From Toensbergia leucococca (taxonomy: Eukaryota), in the NCBI GenBank assembly GCA_022813965.1, contig JALDZS010000052.1, forward strand, positions 62,001 through 126,000: 64,000 nucleotides of DNA, written 5' to 3'. Positions 13,665 through 26,300 of this stretch are shown in pieces. Position 1 is the stretch's first letter, and each line of letters opens with the position of its first letter. The translations under genes were made by a program, and so were the position numbers. Under the pieces are notes generated by a model. It was not told the origin of the DNA. It ran no database searches and saw nothing but the letters and a program-made list of their open reading frames with translations.

Positions 13665-14920
13665 ATCAAAAGTGAGTTTGACTCTGTGATCTCTAAAGAC
13701 TGTTTCAGCTCTTTTCTCTCAGCTACAGGGCGGGCCTTAGAGAAGTGTCACTGAAAGCTCAAAAATAAGAGAATAGAAAATGAAGATAAAGATGCAAAAA
13801 ATGTTCAAGAAGAACAAGGAGAAAAAAAATGAAGATGCTTTTAAGTTAATGAGCCTTTCAGCTGATGATGAGATGGCGGCACTGAGCTCAGAGGGAGAAA
13901 TCTTGTAAGCACTCCTTCAACTGTGAAGAAAGAAAAGATAATCTAGTAAGAAGTCTTTCAGCAGCCGCCTCCCTCTGAAAAACCTCAGATTGAGAGAAGG
14001 TGTCAAAGCATGAAGTCACTGACTGACATTAGATCTGGTGTAGAACTGAACCTCAAAGGGCTCACTGCTGCCTGTCATGAAAATCTTAAGTTTTGAAAAA
14101 GTCAAGGACATGAACAAAGACTGTGAATAAGGCTCATGAGCGTACACTGAGGAGGCGGAGACTCTGGCTGTTGCCCAGCGCGTGCTAACCCAAGTCTGCG
14201 GAGGGTAATCTGACCCCGGACGCAAAGGAGCAGGCAAAGCTGCTCCCCAAATGAAAGAAATGGGAACGATCCGTGCAGGACAAGCTGAGTGCGACCCCTA
14301 GCCACAGAGACCCTAAACCCCGGCTCCCATCCGCTGTGAGTCGCCGTCCTTCAGATTTGCCCCCAAGAAAGGGAAGAAGGCAGTACAGTTGGTGGAAACG
14401 GCGGAGGGCGTTGGTACCTCTGGTGCCTACTGGCGGGTTGAAGAGTTGCTGCAGAGAGAGACGGAGCTGCTGTTATATTAGGGACTGCACTTGAAAGCGG
14501 ATGTCTCAAGCTTTGGTGAATGATGGATGATTCATGGGTTGGAAAGAATTCACGGCTGGAGCTGATGACTTTGAGAGCAAGTGAATGATGGTTCAAAGTT
14601 GAGAGATGTATTGGTCACTTGGAAGTATCCACTGTCATGGAAGACAATAGACTTGAGCGTTGATGAATGACGGACGATTTGTGGGTTGGAAAGTATTCAT
14701 CGCTGGGGCTGATGACTGTGAATGTTTGAGAAGCATTCACAGCGTTCATTCTCCGAAAGCATCCTCGAGTACAACCATGTATAAAGAACGTCTCGATCCC
14801 TCAATCTCTTCACTGCAATTTTCAAGGGTCTTGGACAACCTACCATCAACAATCTCAATTATCGTCACTCATTCTTGTAAGCCCTCTGACCTTTTGTAGC
14901 CTTTGAAACACTTCGGAGCC

Positions 14921-15628
14921 ATGAAGTCATCATGTGTGAATACACTAGTCAAGGTCTTGATGCTCGCCAGCATGCTGGTGATCTCTACCTGTGCTGTGCC
15001 AATGGTATGAGTCTTTCAGCTCCTGTGCTTGATGTGGGAATAATCATGACAGAACGGAACCAATTGCAACATCACCGAATGGATTGCTCACCCCGAAGGT
15101 GTTTTCCACCTCGGGCCAGACGGCGTCTTGCGATCCCTCGATGGCAACCACACGGTCCTGAATTATGCTCAGCTTAGCCCCGCGCAGGTCGATGTATTCA
15201 TCCAAGGCCAGGACAATTACGCTCTTTTGAAGCAGGAATTCAAAGGAATCGACGGCCGCAATGTCACCGATCTGGCGCTGCTCAACGAGCAACCGGCACT
15301 GGCCTTGGTTCCCCGTTCACTCGTAGGTCGGGAGCCTTACTATATGCCTCCACCCACCCAGGCTGCCGGTCCACCGGTCTACACTGTGAAAGCATGCAAC
15401 GATCTCTATTGCACCAATAGTGGCTTCTGCAGAATGCACGTGTGTGGGTCGTGTCAGGCGGCTACCACGGCGAGTCTTGGGAAATGCAATGACCTTGGAA
15501 GAAGTGAGGCTGACCTCTGCGCGCAAAGAACGATAATGATGTGCTGAAAATTCATCCTAGTTGACTTGCCTCCGATATACCATGACCAATTGAAGAGAGA
15601 TGTGGTGACCAAGGAATGGGCTGGATGA
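14921..15628 (+). CDS. Small secreted protein with C-terminal Cys-rich domain
   Basis: Signal peptide MKSSCVNTLVKVLMLASMLVISTCAVP, intron 15005-15052, then GVFHLGPDGVLRSLDG..FKGIDGRNVTD..CNDLYCTNSGFCRMHVCGSC..C. It ends at 15547 unspliced, or at ~15628 via a possible intron at 15504-15560. Confidence 0.75.
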
Positions 15629-16434
15629 GGTTTTGAACCTGTAGCCTGTGTCAGGTGCTGAAAGCATTTGGATGGATGAGTTGGCTGGAATCGTATGCTA
15701 AAAAGATCTAGATGGTTGAATTAGCAGCAGTAGCAGTAGTGGAACATGTGCTCCATCGCATCAAGAAATAGCAAGAAGAAAATATCTGCTTGATTCATCG
15801 ACGTCTTGACGGGATTCCCTATGAACCATTACCCTTGACCAAACAAAAACCTTATCCCATGCCCCACCCCAGAAAACCTTTCTCATCTCAGAATTGTCTC
15901 AAATGAGAGAAAAATCAGGCCGAGAGAAGAAGGATCATTGAGGAGAAGGGTCTCACAAAGCCTTTGTATGATGAATGATGTTCAGATTTCAGTTCATTTA
16001 GCTACTGAGTTTATGCATGGGTCTTTCAGGCGCTTCATTCAATGATGTTGAAAGGGCTGGTTTCTGATCGCTATTCCGTTCTGAGTCATGTTGGTTAATA
16101 GGTATGCAAATGTGTTGTTGAAGATTGAAGCCCCTAAGGTAGGCTGCCTCTTGCCCTATCGGTTAGCCTCTTCTGCTTAGCGGCCTCCGGACATCCAACT
16201 TGCCTGAACGAAACGTCGTCACAATATATTATAATAGATTTGCGATCACAAGAGTCTCGATCGTTTTCGATCCGATGGGCAAGGGGTAGAGCGTATTTGA
16301 TCGTATTCACAATACATTCCCCCCTTCCACATTGGCAATATGGCTCCTCAAAACCTCATACTTGGATAGCTTCACAAATAGTCGCCACAAGAAAATCCAC
16401 GCACGCTTAGTCAAAGACAATATCCTCACCCGGA

Positions 16435-17199
16435 TCAATCCCAGCCATGTATCTCACACATAGTCTTCCCTCGGCTCGAGAAGAATCCCTGCGTCATACA
16501 CTGCTCGCACGGCAACATCGCCCCCAACTCCCGACGCATCGAGGCCGTCTCCTCCAACTCCCCCAACTCCCCACGCTTCCAGAACCGTCCATTGCCCCAA
16601 ACCACAACTTTCGGTATCAACTGCAGTATCGTCGCTGCATACCGCCGACTCGGCGTCCCCGCAAACTCAATCCTGGCGCCGCCATGTCTTTTTGTTCTGA
16701 AAGCAATGTACAATGCAAACCGTTCCATGTAGAAATGCGAGATGCTACAGTCTGATGGACCCCCAAGAGCGGCGCTGACGTCGAAACGTACCAGTCGTGT
16801 CGCTTTAGGTAGGCGGCGTATCGCGTCCTCCCACAGCTTCATGGGGATTTTACGGTCATGGATCTCATCATATGGCGTTGAGATATTCGTAAGTTCAAAG
16901 GCGTCGACTTTTCCTAATGTAGGGGTAGATGAACCCTGCTGTTTTTCGAGAAAATCCGTCAATGTGGCGGAGGACGCAAAGGAGTAGATCGATCTCTCGA
17001 GTCTGTTGGGGACTGGGTTATCGACCGATGTCAACGGTAGCTGTGTCAGCACGGGTGGACATGGAGCCTCCGTCCCGTGCTCGTGTGGATATATCTTGAA
17101 GTGGCCGAGGAGGTCAAAGATCATATCTCTGAGCTCCACAGGTAGGTCCAGGGGAGTTGATGAAGGGTGAAAGACCCGTTGTTCCGGGATAGGGTCCAT
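16435..17199 (-). CDS. Orphan-family protein copy A, F-box-like N-terminus (254 aa)
   Basis: Intronless ORF with LDLPVELRDMIFDL. Shares VDAFE, LWE.(A/G)IRRLP..TRLVRFD and GGAR.E..G motifs with the ORF at 18720-19457. Confidence 0.75.
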   Translation of the reverse strand: MDPIPEQRVFHPSSTPLDLPVELRDMIFDLLGHFKIYPHEHGTEAPCPPVLTQLPLTSVDNPVPNRLERSIYSFASSATLTDFLEKQQGSSTPTLGKVDAFELTNISTPYDEIHDRKIPMKLWEDAIRRLPKATRLVRFDVSAALGGPSDCSISHFYMERFALYIAFRTKRHGGARIEFAGTPSRRYAATILQLIPKVVVWGNGRFWKRGELGELEETASMRRELGAMLPCEQCMTQGFFSSRGKTMCEIHGWD

Positions 17200-17445
17200 G
17201 CTGAAAAGGTTCGTTTTTAATCAAACGTGCTATGTGTTGGTCTGCAAGAGACCTCTTGAGATGTGGCTGACATTTAAAGAAGAGCATGTTGACAGAAGGA
17301 GTGAAAGGTCCAAGTGAATTTACTGTGTCATGGATGATCTATATCGCTGATTTCAAAAGAAGGAACATACCCAAACATACCCAAATTACCCAAAGAACTA
17401 GTAAACGAAGTGTATTTAGGATCAACAACTCCTTCACTCCAATTA

Positions 17446-18000
17446 CTAATACACCTCATGCTTCACAGGCCTTCTATCGTCCAACTCCCCGGCCTCCCAA
17501 AACCACCCACTCCTAGAGCGCTGAACTCGGTACCACTTCCGGCACTTTCCTGGTGTAAGTTGACCCCAGAAACTCCAACCCGAGCCAACCCATGTTTCCT
17601 CGTGTTATGGGCGATGAAGGCGGCAAAATGCTCTCTCTATGTAGAACTACGCAATGGTCCACTCAAGCATGTCTCCAGGAGCCGCTCTGACTTTGAATTG
17701 AACCAATTGAGTCGCTTTGGGTAGGAGGCGGATCGCTTCTCCGCATTGGTCCATCCTATTTTTATGGTCAATGTAATCGGATGAAAACCTGCCGATTTCA
17801 AAGGAATCCAGACTTCCCAGCACACGTGTCACTGGATCCCGCTGCCGTGTGAGGAAATACAGCAACATGGATGGGGTTTCGTAAGAGTAGGTTTTTCGCT
17901 CTTTTTTCCATTGCTCGTACGGACTGTCAATTCTGTCATGTACCGATTCGTCGGCTGAGGCGAATGACAGACCTTTTGTAGCTGATGTGGTTGGATTCAT
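17446..18000 (-). pseudogene. Disrupted middle copy (B) of the same orphan family
   Basis: LDSFE..EAIRLLPKATQLVQF, then premature TAG at 17649-17647. Homology resumes after a frameshift (FYIE/HFAAFIAHNTRKHGLARVGVSG versus FYMERFALYIAFRTKRHGGARIEFAG in copy A) and again as GWFWEAGEL. It lacks the F-box-like N-terminus. Confidence 0.75.
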
Positions 18001-18719
18001 GATCTGTGCATTTGGTTAGCTATTTATGAATTCTGTCAAGTACCCTATTATCCTAACAAAAAAGATGTGTTGAGTTGAATAAACCTGAGATGGGTTTTAG
18101 GCCAACATAATAAGACATACAATCAACCACGTTTATTGCGAATAAGAGAAATTTTGGGAGTTGATCAAATCCAAAGAATGGCATGTGGAGGGTACAGACA
18201 GCAGGTGGAGAGTTGGAAAGGGGAGTATAGGAGCGAGTGATGGAACCTGAACAAGGCCAATGTGGGGTTTTTTTGGCAGACGTTTGAGACGAAGACATGT
18301 TGGGGAGATTGTAGGTCGCTTGTTCGTAATGATGTTTTCAAGTAAGTGTTTCTAGGTTTGGGTTCAAAGATGAGTTTCTGGAACGCCTTTCGTCATTGAT
18401 GATAGAGCTACTCATAGAGAGAGTCCAGGTGCCGTTTGGCTCGCGTGGTGGTCATAGTGGTGGTTGAAAAGAGGATGGAATAAGTCATCGTTACACTGAG
18501 CTCAAATTTATGTAGGAGCGAAATTGTTATCGTATTGAACGCTTATCCCCTTTCTGAATAGATTACTAGATGGTGCATAAAACAAAAATCCTCCTGTGCT
18601 ACACAAGTATTATTCTCCGACTTATCCCCAAAGCTCAATAATCGCCTCCTGTACAAAAAACCCTTCACTCCTCCTCAATCTCGACTCCAAGCCATACGTC
18701 CACGCCTATGATTTCAAAC

Positions 18720-19457
18720 TCAGTAGACACTTCCTCGGGTTGTGCCGGTTTCCAAGTCGCTGGCTAACACGGGACGCCCTTGGTAGAAGCCAATTGAATT
18801 CGGTATGTGATTTTGAAGTTTCATAGTCATCTCCGCGTCCCTTAATCCTACAATCTCGACTCGGGCACCGCCTCCTGGCTGCCATCGTGTTAAGCGGATA
18901 TACGTCCCGAGACGTATCAGCCAGACTCGGCTGATCTCATGGCCGTCCCAGCACGTCAAGTCGAAGCGAACAAGACGCGTGGTCCTGGGCAAGCGGCGTA
19001 TGCCGGATTCCCAAAGCTTTTCCATGGCCCTCACACGACGATAATAATTCCTGTTGTCGCTAAGAGGCAGTGCTCTCGCATTCAACTCGCTGCGGTCCTT
19101 GTCGACATGTGGGAGGTTAGAAAACTCAAAGGCGTCAACCCTGTCTCCCGTACGCCGGGTTGGATCTTGGAGATGCCGTAAGAAATGGAGGAACTTTCCT
19201 ACCGACCGGAAACAGAACGTGGAGTGATTGCGTTTCCATACCGTGTAGATTTCGAGGACCCTGTGCTGAACGGTCTGATCGACAGAGGCAAATCCGCTCT
19301 GGCTAACAGCCGACACGCCAGGACTCGGGTGCCGATCACTAAAAGGGTACTGTTTGATCTCGCCAAGACTTGCGGCATACATTCGGTCTCTCATCTCGAA
19401 AGGCATTTGCAGAAGATTTGGGGCCGCATGTTGTGAATCATTATCCGTATTGTCCAT
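18720..19457 (-). CDS. Orphan-family protein copy C, F-box-like N-terminus (245 aa)
   Basis: Intronless ORF with LLQMPFEMRDRMY, VDAFEFSN, LWESGIRRLPRTTRLVRFDL and GGARVEIVG. Confidence 0.75.
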   Translation of the reverse strand: MDNTDNDSQHAAPNLLQMPFEMRDRMYAASLGEIKQYPFSDRHPSPGVSAVSQSGFASVDQTVQHRVLEIYTVWKRNHSTFCFRSVGKFLHFLRHLQDPTRRTGDRVDAFEFSNLPHVDKDRSELNARALPLSDNRNYYRRVRAMEKLWESGIRRLPRTTRLVRFDLTCWDGHEISRVWLIRLGTYIRLTRWQPGGGARVEIVGLRDAEMTMKLQNHIPNSIGFYQGRPVLASDLETGTTRGSVY

Positions 19458-19589
19458 GTTGCGAAAGAGTCCTGTCTCGATTGTTGATGAAAGGATGTGA
19501 GATTTTGCTCTGGTTAGTTTCTGATCTTGGACGGACTTTGGAGACTGATGAAGGATGAAATGCTATGGTCAACATATATACCCGTACAA

Positions 19590-19635
19590 CACTGGGCTAA
19601 CGTGTTGAACACTGGGCTAACGCGTTGAACACTGC
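19590..19635. repeat. 20-bp tandem repeat, about 2.3 copies
   Basis: AACACTGGGCTAACG(T/C)GTTG repeated upstream of copy C. Confidence 0.7.
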
Positions 19636-19999
19636 ATGACACAGCGAACGAGACAAAGGGTGACAATGAGAACCATTGGGAATTTCTCAAAATATGAGTG
19701 AACAATGCAACTGTACGAAAGTAGCGAAGAGGAAAAGCTTTGTCTATCAATTCTGAATATTAATACTATGATGAGACAAACCGGGTATGGAGGACAAAGC
19801 CTTGCAAATTGCGAAGAAGAACATCGCTTTCAGGTATATTCCACCTGACATACATACGCAGATGGAGTGAGTTTCTTTCTTATAGAGGCAAATCATGTCC
19901 TGTCGATCGATTGGTGTGGCTTCCTACCCTCTTCGATTCCGGAATCTCCTATTGGAACACTCAAGTTCGCTATTGTTAATGTAGACGTTCGTCTTGAGC

Positions 20000-20790
20000 G
20001 ACAGCTCCGCAAGCGTAAAGTGATCATGCTAGATTTCTGATATCCTCCACGGTTCCCATACTGACCATATTGCGATGTTCCGGAACGTCCTTGACGACTC
20101 TGATTGCTTGAACTACCAAGGGCTCGATGCATGGTGGCGTAAGCCCACCATTCATGTTTTCGGTCATCCAGGTTAGAGAGGAAGTCGTTAATTGAAATGT
20201 TACTGTTGGGACGTTGAATATCCCGTCGCAATTCCAAATCGATACCGTTTTATATGATATCAAGTTGAACCTTGATGTCTGATAGCCCAGCGTCTTTGGC
20301 TGAGCGAAGCATTTTTACAGCGAACTCACCGGGCTCACGATGGTTTGAAGCATCCTTCAATGTGAACTTTTCTTGCAACATTGACTCAATGGCAACGTTA
20401 GATGGCTGCTTGAATCTTGTTAGCAGTAATCTAGTCCATTCGGTGACGCCATCACCCAGGGCAGCGATGCGTTGCTCAGTCTCCGAGAGTTCATCAGTCC
20501 ACCATTCAAGAGCTGTCCCTCGAAGACTCAGCCATTGGTTGCCACGAGTCATGGCTGAGTCCTTGAGTAGACACATCTGTTTCGCTCGTTCAGTGAAAAG
20601 TTGTCCGTCTCTAAAGTAAGTATCTTTTCCGGAATGGTCGATGGCGGATTCAGTGCTAACTGACTTTCCATCATGGTTTGTGTCAAAGAACCCCAGGTCT
20701 CCTAGGTTCCAGCGAGAACGATCTCCCCTGAGGCATCGTGCCTTGGTTCGCTAGGAGGGCCTGGTGGTCCTGCAGGACCTCTATGGGAAA
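20000..20790 (-). mobile_element. Ty3/Gypsy-like gag relic
   Basis: GPAGPPGPP..RWNLGDLGFFD..TYFRD..LRGTALEWWTDELS..LLTRFK..REPGEFA..QLDII*NGIDLELRRDI..FLSNLDDRKHEWW, a fungal Gypsy gag pattern. In-frame stop at 20250; no pol. Confidence 0.8.
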
Positions 20791-20990
20791 ATCATTGATC
20801 AATCGTCAAGTGGAGCCCTAAGTCTGGCGCATCCTCTTACGACAGTTCAAGTCTCACGCGTTGATGATAGCTCACTCTTGAAGCCTAAATTTTCTTTGGC
20901 CCAGGAGCATCGATTCCCATTTAGCCTTCTGAACTCGAGAGACGTATTTTGATATTCAGCTGATCGTGTATAGGATTATATCAGCGTACT

Positions 20991-21425
20991 TGTTAGAGGT
21001 GAGGCAGTGATGAGCTCTGTGAGGTAGACGGAAATTTGAGACCGGAGACAGCAGAAAACAAGAAAGGGTTTCAAAGGTGGGGATGTAGATGAGAAAGAAA
21101 ACAATGACAGTGTATTATGACCAGATGCAAACCACAAATATAATAAAAACGGAGTTAAAGCGAGCTCCATAGTGTGGCCATACGGCATGTACTTTAGATA
21201 AAGAAACGAGATACGTATATGCAATGCAGGTCTCAGCGTCAGAAAGCAGCAATCGTGGGTAGAAACGTCCGGTGTGTGTGGTATAGAGCTTGAACTATGG
21301 CGAGATACATAATGAGCAAACCCACGGAAGTCCTGTCTCATATAATCCCACCTCGTTCTCATTCACTTCATGTTGTTTGGCCATCAATTATGTATTGATC
21401 AAGCACCTTCCTTTGGTTTTTAACA
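20991..21425 (-). mobile_element. Putative 5' LTR of the gag relic
   Basis: 435-bp segment bounded by inverted termini TGTTA...TAACA directly upstream of gag. No second copy in the window. Confidence 0.45.
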
Positions 21426-23078
21426 ACACTGGACCCTATATAGCGCGATTTCCTTAATGCGTACTTAATGTTCTGTTCAAAGCAAATACCTTGAGGTTGC
21501 GGAAGCTGCAGGAGATATCCTTGCACTAATTTAGTAACCATCCTCCTTACCTCATCGGCCCCAAAATTATGACTGCCTAGAAATCTCAGGCCACTAAGCC
21601 TTCATCTCCATTATTGAAATGATGCGGCCGTTGTTCCTCTGGACGGTGCCTAAATTATAGCGCCGGTTGTCTCAGCACCTCAAAGGTTGAGACGGTAGCA
21701 AGCCCGTGAGGGCCATCCGGACTAGCTGTGTAGAGTAAGCCGAGAGGCAAAAGCCGAAGTAAGTTCTCGATACAACGGTACAACGAAGAAAAAATGGTTG
21801 CACATAAAATGAACTATTGTCGAAATTAGCAATAGCTATGCGCGAGTATTTATGCATGCTTTAACGTAGTATTTCTAGGTCAATAGTCTAACGTAAACAG
21901 TGCTAGATCTTGGGTTGCGTAATGGTTGGTGTAGTGCAAAATCTGAGTATCTGAATAATAAAATACATAAGGTGAGATAGAAAGGTAAGGTAATCAGGAG
22001 AGAAAAGCAGGGGAGTGGGACAGATGGGTGGCGAGGTTCTAAGCTCTAGCAACGTCTTGGCCAAGGATGAGGCATGATAATAGTGGGCAAAGGCAAGGTG
22101 GAAGACTGGCGGCGAGGATGGAAGGTGAGATAGTTGTGATGCTGAAAAAGTAGAGAATTGGAAAGGATAAGCACACGCCTTCTCACTGCCAATCTTTGAG
22201 GCTGGGAGAATGGCAGGAGAGATGAGGTGATTGAAGGAGGCTGAGTGGATGTACTAACGTGACTATCTGGGTGAGTAGGTATTGGACTGGAACCAAACGG
22301 CTTTCTACGCCAGAAAGAGGATAAAAGAAGTGATGATTTTTGAAGAGTAGAAAACCTTAATTGGCCAATTTTTATTAAATGGCCAGCACGCTACCTAGTG
22401 GTGCTAGCTACATTATTCTAGGGTGGCCAAGCGAGCAGGAATGCTTCGACTCCTCGATTGGCCTCTCTCCCCTCTCCTCCCTCTCCTCTCCACCATACTA
22501 TGTGCAAACAAATATAGTGTACATCGATCTTAGCTTCCGACCTCTACCTTCATTGACTCTTCGGCTTCTCCTCAAGCTTGGCAGCATTATGCAGACACCA
22601 GTCTTCCTGCTCTTTGTGATTCCAACACCTTTCGTTCACTGCTGTGGGTGTGGGTTGGCTTCCAGCTCCTCTGCTACAAGCATCTACTCTTGAATTCCAA
22701 CATAGTGACTGCACCTTTCAATGAAGTCCACTTTTTACGGTGCACACGTTTTGTTTAAATCGTTAAACCGTGGCATTTTCCAGGCCCAGATGACCATCTT
22801 GCCTCTTTTGACCATTGCGGACTGAAATTCAACTTTTTGATGCGACGGATTATCGGCCAAACTGTCTCATCAACATGTTGATCTTGTATGAGTCGCGTTG
22901 GCAATAATAACATCAATCGGCGTACCAACAAGGAATATCATTGTCATGGACATATATTAACGTGTCATCCTACAGGTATTGCAGATAGCATATCAGCCTA
23001 GATTTCCCATCATCTCGACTACATCGCATACTCCCAAATTTATCACCCACAACCGAATAGCCATCACCTTTTCCCATC

Positions 23079-23380
23079 ATGCTCTTCAAACCCGAATACC
23101 TCGCACTATTCCTCGCCTTGGCTTCCAGCGCCCTCGGTTCTCCCGCCATCCCCGATCTCCATGCTTCCTCTGTCAGTCACCCAAGCAGCGGACCAACACA
23201 TACTCATCCTGGAGGTCCGATGGGAACGGGTGATTCCCAGTTACCAGAAAGATGTCATAAATTTCGCGAGTACGTTGCTCCGGTGAACTTGAAGCATGTC
23301 TGTTTTCTCCACATGAGATATTCAGGTTCTGCCCACGAAACGGGCGGGTACGGTGGGCATCCCCATTAGATACCGTTTGA
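23079..23380 (+). CDS. Putative small secreted protein; 3' structure uncertain
   Basis: Signal-peptide-like MLFKPEYLALFLALASSALGSPAIP; candidate intron GTACGT at 23270 to CAG at 23325. Confidence 0.5.
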
Positions 23381-26300
23381 TCGAGGTTGGATGATGGTCT
23401 TGGGGGTGGATTGCGAGCGATCTCAAGGGGTATGGCTGCTGCTGATAAGAATCTTGAGGCTTGTACTGTTGGCTCAGTTGATACGCGATTACTGCAAGGG
23501 AATGACTTTCATAACAACGAATGGCACCGCTTTCGCGATTCATTGTATACTAGAGAAAGCTTGTTCACGTCCCATTCACAGCAATGTTTAAAAGCCATGT
23601 TTCGAGATTGAAATTTATTATCAATTTCTATTACTCCATTTAGGAAAGTTCATATCTTGACCCGTGTCCTTGAACCTTAATCACATGATCTGATATCCTG
23701 CTTGAATTGATGATGGAAGATTGAATTCCAACCGTCCAAGTGGACGTTCAACGCACTCATCTAGGTAGATGTCAATGGTAGCAACGACAACTCAATCTTC
23801 CCCCTAGGGTTTCGCTACCCCGAATCGATTTGACACTAAAGGTTGAGAGCAGAGGAAAGGCGACGTTTGATCGTCTTCCCAATTATCGGGTCTATGGAGT
23901 GGTGTGAGGCCTCTGGTGTCACTCTTGTATGCCTGATACGTATTCTACTCGTACCATAACTGCATGACCTCTTGTAAAACAGTAACACCAAGTATCTGCC
24001 AAATATTGAGTTTTAACAGTGATGTCCATGCAGTGACGTGTCCTACCGCGTTGGATTGCTTAGCGTGTGCTGCCATTGACGACGACTCATCCTTTCCAAA
24101 TCGAACACTTCTGTAGAATCCTCAAATTGCTTTGTCAGAGGTTGCGTTTTCAGTCTCACCATGCGACGTGAATAATGAAGTTCTTTGGCATGTCTCTGAC
24201 GCTTGGTCGGTGACCTCTTGTGGCACCGATCGTGTTACCAGAGATCCACTGTCAAGTGTCAAATATCTAACTCTTGCCTCCCTGCTTCTTTCACCATGCC
24301 TTTAGGCTATGGAAAGTCATACATCAGTCTCGTTTGCGTCTCCTTTTTCCAGAAGCACGCAAAGACGATTTTTCTCGAAGATACTAATCCTTCAGTTCCT
24401 TCGAGAGAGAATTTTAGAATGTGGTGCATCTTTTTCTTTATCATGAGGAATTTAGCATCTCCTCTTCGTACTGCCTTTCGTCCGGTCACTACGACCTCCT
24501 TGCCTTTATTTGACAAGTTGGTCCATTTTCTTGATCATATCAATGCAACTCTTGCCTTGGCCCTTGAGTGGCTCAAACATGTTGGAAAACGGCGTTCTCG
24601 ACGCTTGCAATACGTCGATGGCTTCTTGATGGCCCCCGACCGTTGCTTTGTGCAAGCCTGGATCAGCTATCTTTATGTCGTCCTTCTTAGTTGTTTCGGA
24701 TGTATGAAATGCTCCTGCTTCTGCTCCTGACTTTCGACCCTTGAGTGGTTGACCGCCAAGGTAATGCAAAGATGCTGAGGCCAATCGAAGGTCTTTTTCG
24801 GTTCCTGTATGCCTCGAATATGCTTCATATCTATGAGTTTGTGATGAGAATAGGTAACGGGTAAGTGCTTTTTTTGCCGCACTCATTCACGTCCAGATTC
24901 CCTGAAGGCACTACTTCAGAATTGTCAGCACAACACAAAACATCCACATCGCCACTCGATAGCCAGCACCCCTCCCCCGACTAGAAATGTCTGTATCTAC
25001 AAATCTTACGCCTGCCATGAGCCTATTCCAAGCTTCCGATGGAAAATCGTACCAACTACCCTTTCTCTCCGCAGATCAAATCAGGGTCATGTCTCCATGC
25101 AAACTCCTTTCATGCTTGCAAGCAATCAACAATCGTCCCCAACTCTCCCCCGAAGTACTGACATCAGCCTTTCATTCCTTGCTCTCGAGATATCCGTTCG
25201 ACAGACTAGCATGCCTAGAAGGTGAGCTGAAGGAAAAGGTTTGGATCGCGGTCATGACACCTTAATGCCTGACGATACCTGCTTATATTCCAACAGTGGG
25301 AGAGATCTGCAGATTGGGAACATATTGACAAAGAAGTTGTTCGAATTGAGGGCATCACCTATCGCTTGCCGTGGGCATCGAAGAAAGACATTGAATGGTT
25401 ATCCCAGCGTGCAGGAATTCATTACCTTACTTCGAGAACGTAATCGTACGTTGGACGACTCAAAATTCACCGAGTCTAGGATAAGAGCAACGTTAATGTG
25501 CTTCTTGCATCTGCGCTTCCCTGCAGCGAAGTTCAGCGTCCAAAGGCGCTTTCGCGTACCGGTAAGCCTCCGTCTTTATCTCAAGGACATGGAAAATCCA
25601 AGCTCAGCACCTTGTACAGGAATCAACCGAATCAGGACGACGCGCTCTTGCATATCATAATAGATGGCTTACGTATGCCTTGACATGTACAAAGCGAAAG
25701 GTGAGATGTCATTCCACTGTCTATACTTTATACTAATAAGTCAAAGAAGGAAGTCACACCTTCTTCCAGGGAAGGATCGTTGCCCCAGCTCAGCGACCAA
25801 TCTCCTTCCCAAGTTATCATCCCCAACATACCAACCTCCGAGTACGCAAGAAAGAGACTCAAACTCTCAAACCTCCCAAAGCCTCGTGCACTGCTTCATA
25901 TGGCCGCACAAGCACCACAGCCCGCAGGTAGCCAAGCCTAGCTTCCTGCAGCCACGCAAGTCAGTAGTCCTACAACTTCTCCAACCTCGTATTCCACACC
26001 CGCACCTATTCCTCCACCTCAAAAGCCTGCAAAAAGTCCCCCTAGGATCCCAATTCCTGCCTCCGAGAACAAATCCCTCGAATTGACTTGGCCGTCCCCT
26101 CCAGCAAGAGATGTTCTCTCCGCGCTCGAAGATCACCTCGATGAGTATTTGAGACAACTCCATCCAGACATACAGCTACAACATGCGGCGAGCGAATCCC
26201 CCGCTTCACAGTTCCTAGCGAGCTTGAGTCTGACTATGGGTCTGTGAGGAAGCCTTATACAGTAGAGCTGGGATGGATCCAATAGAAGGGCTGCCTTGTG

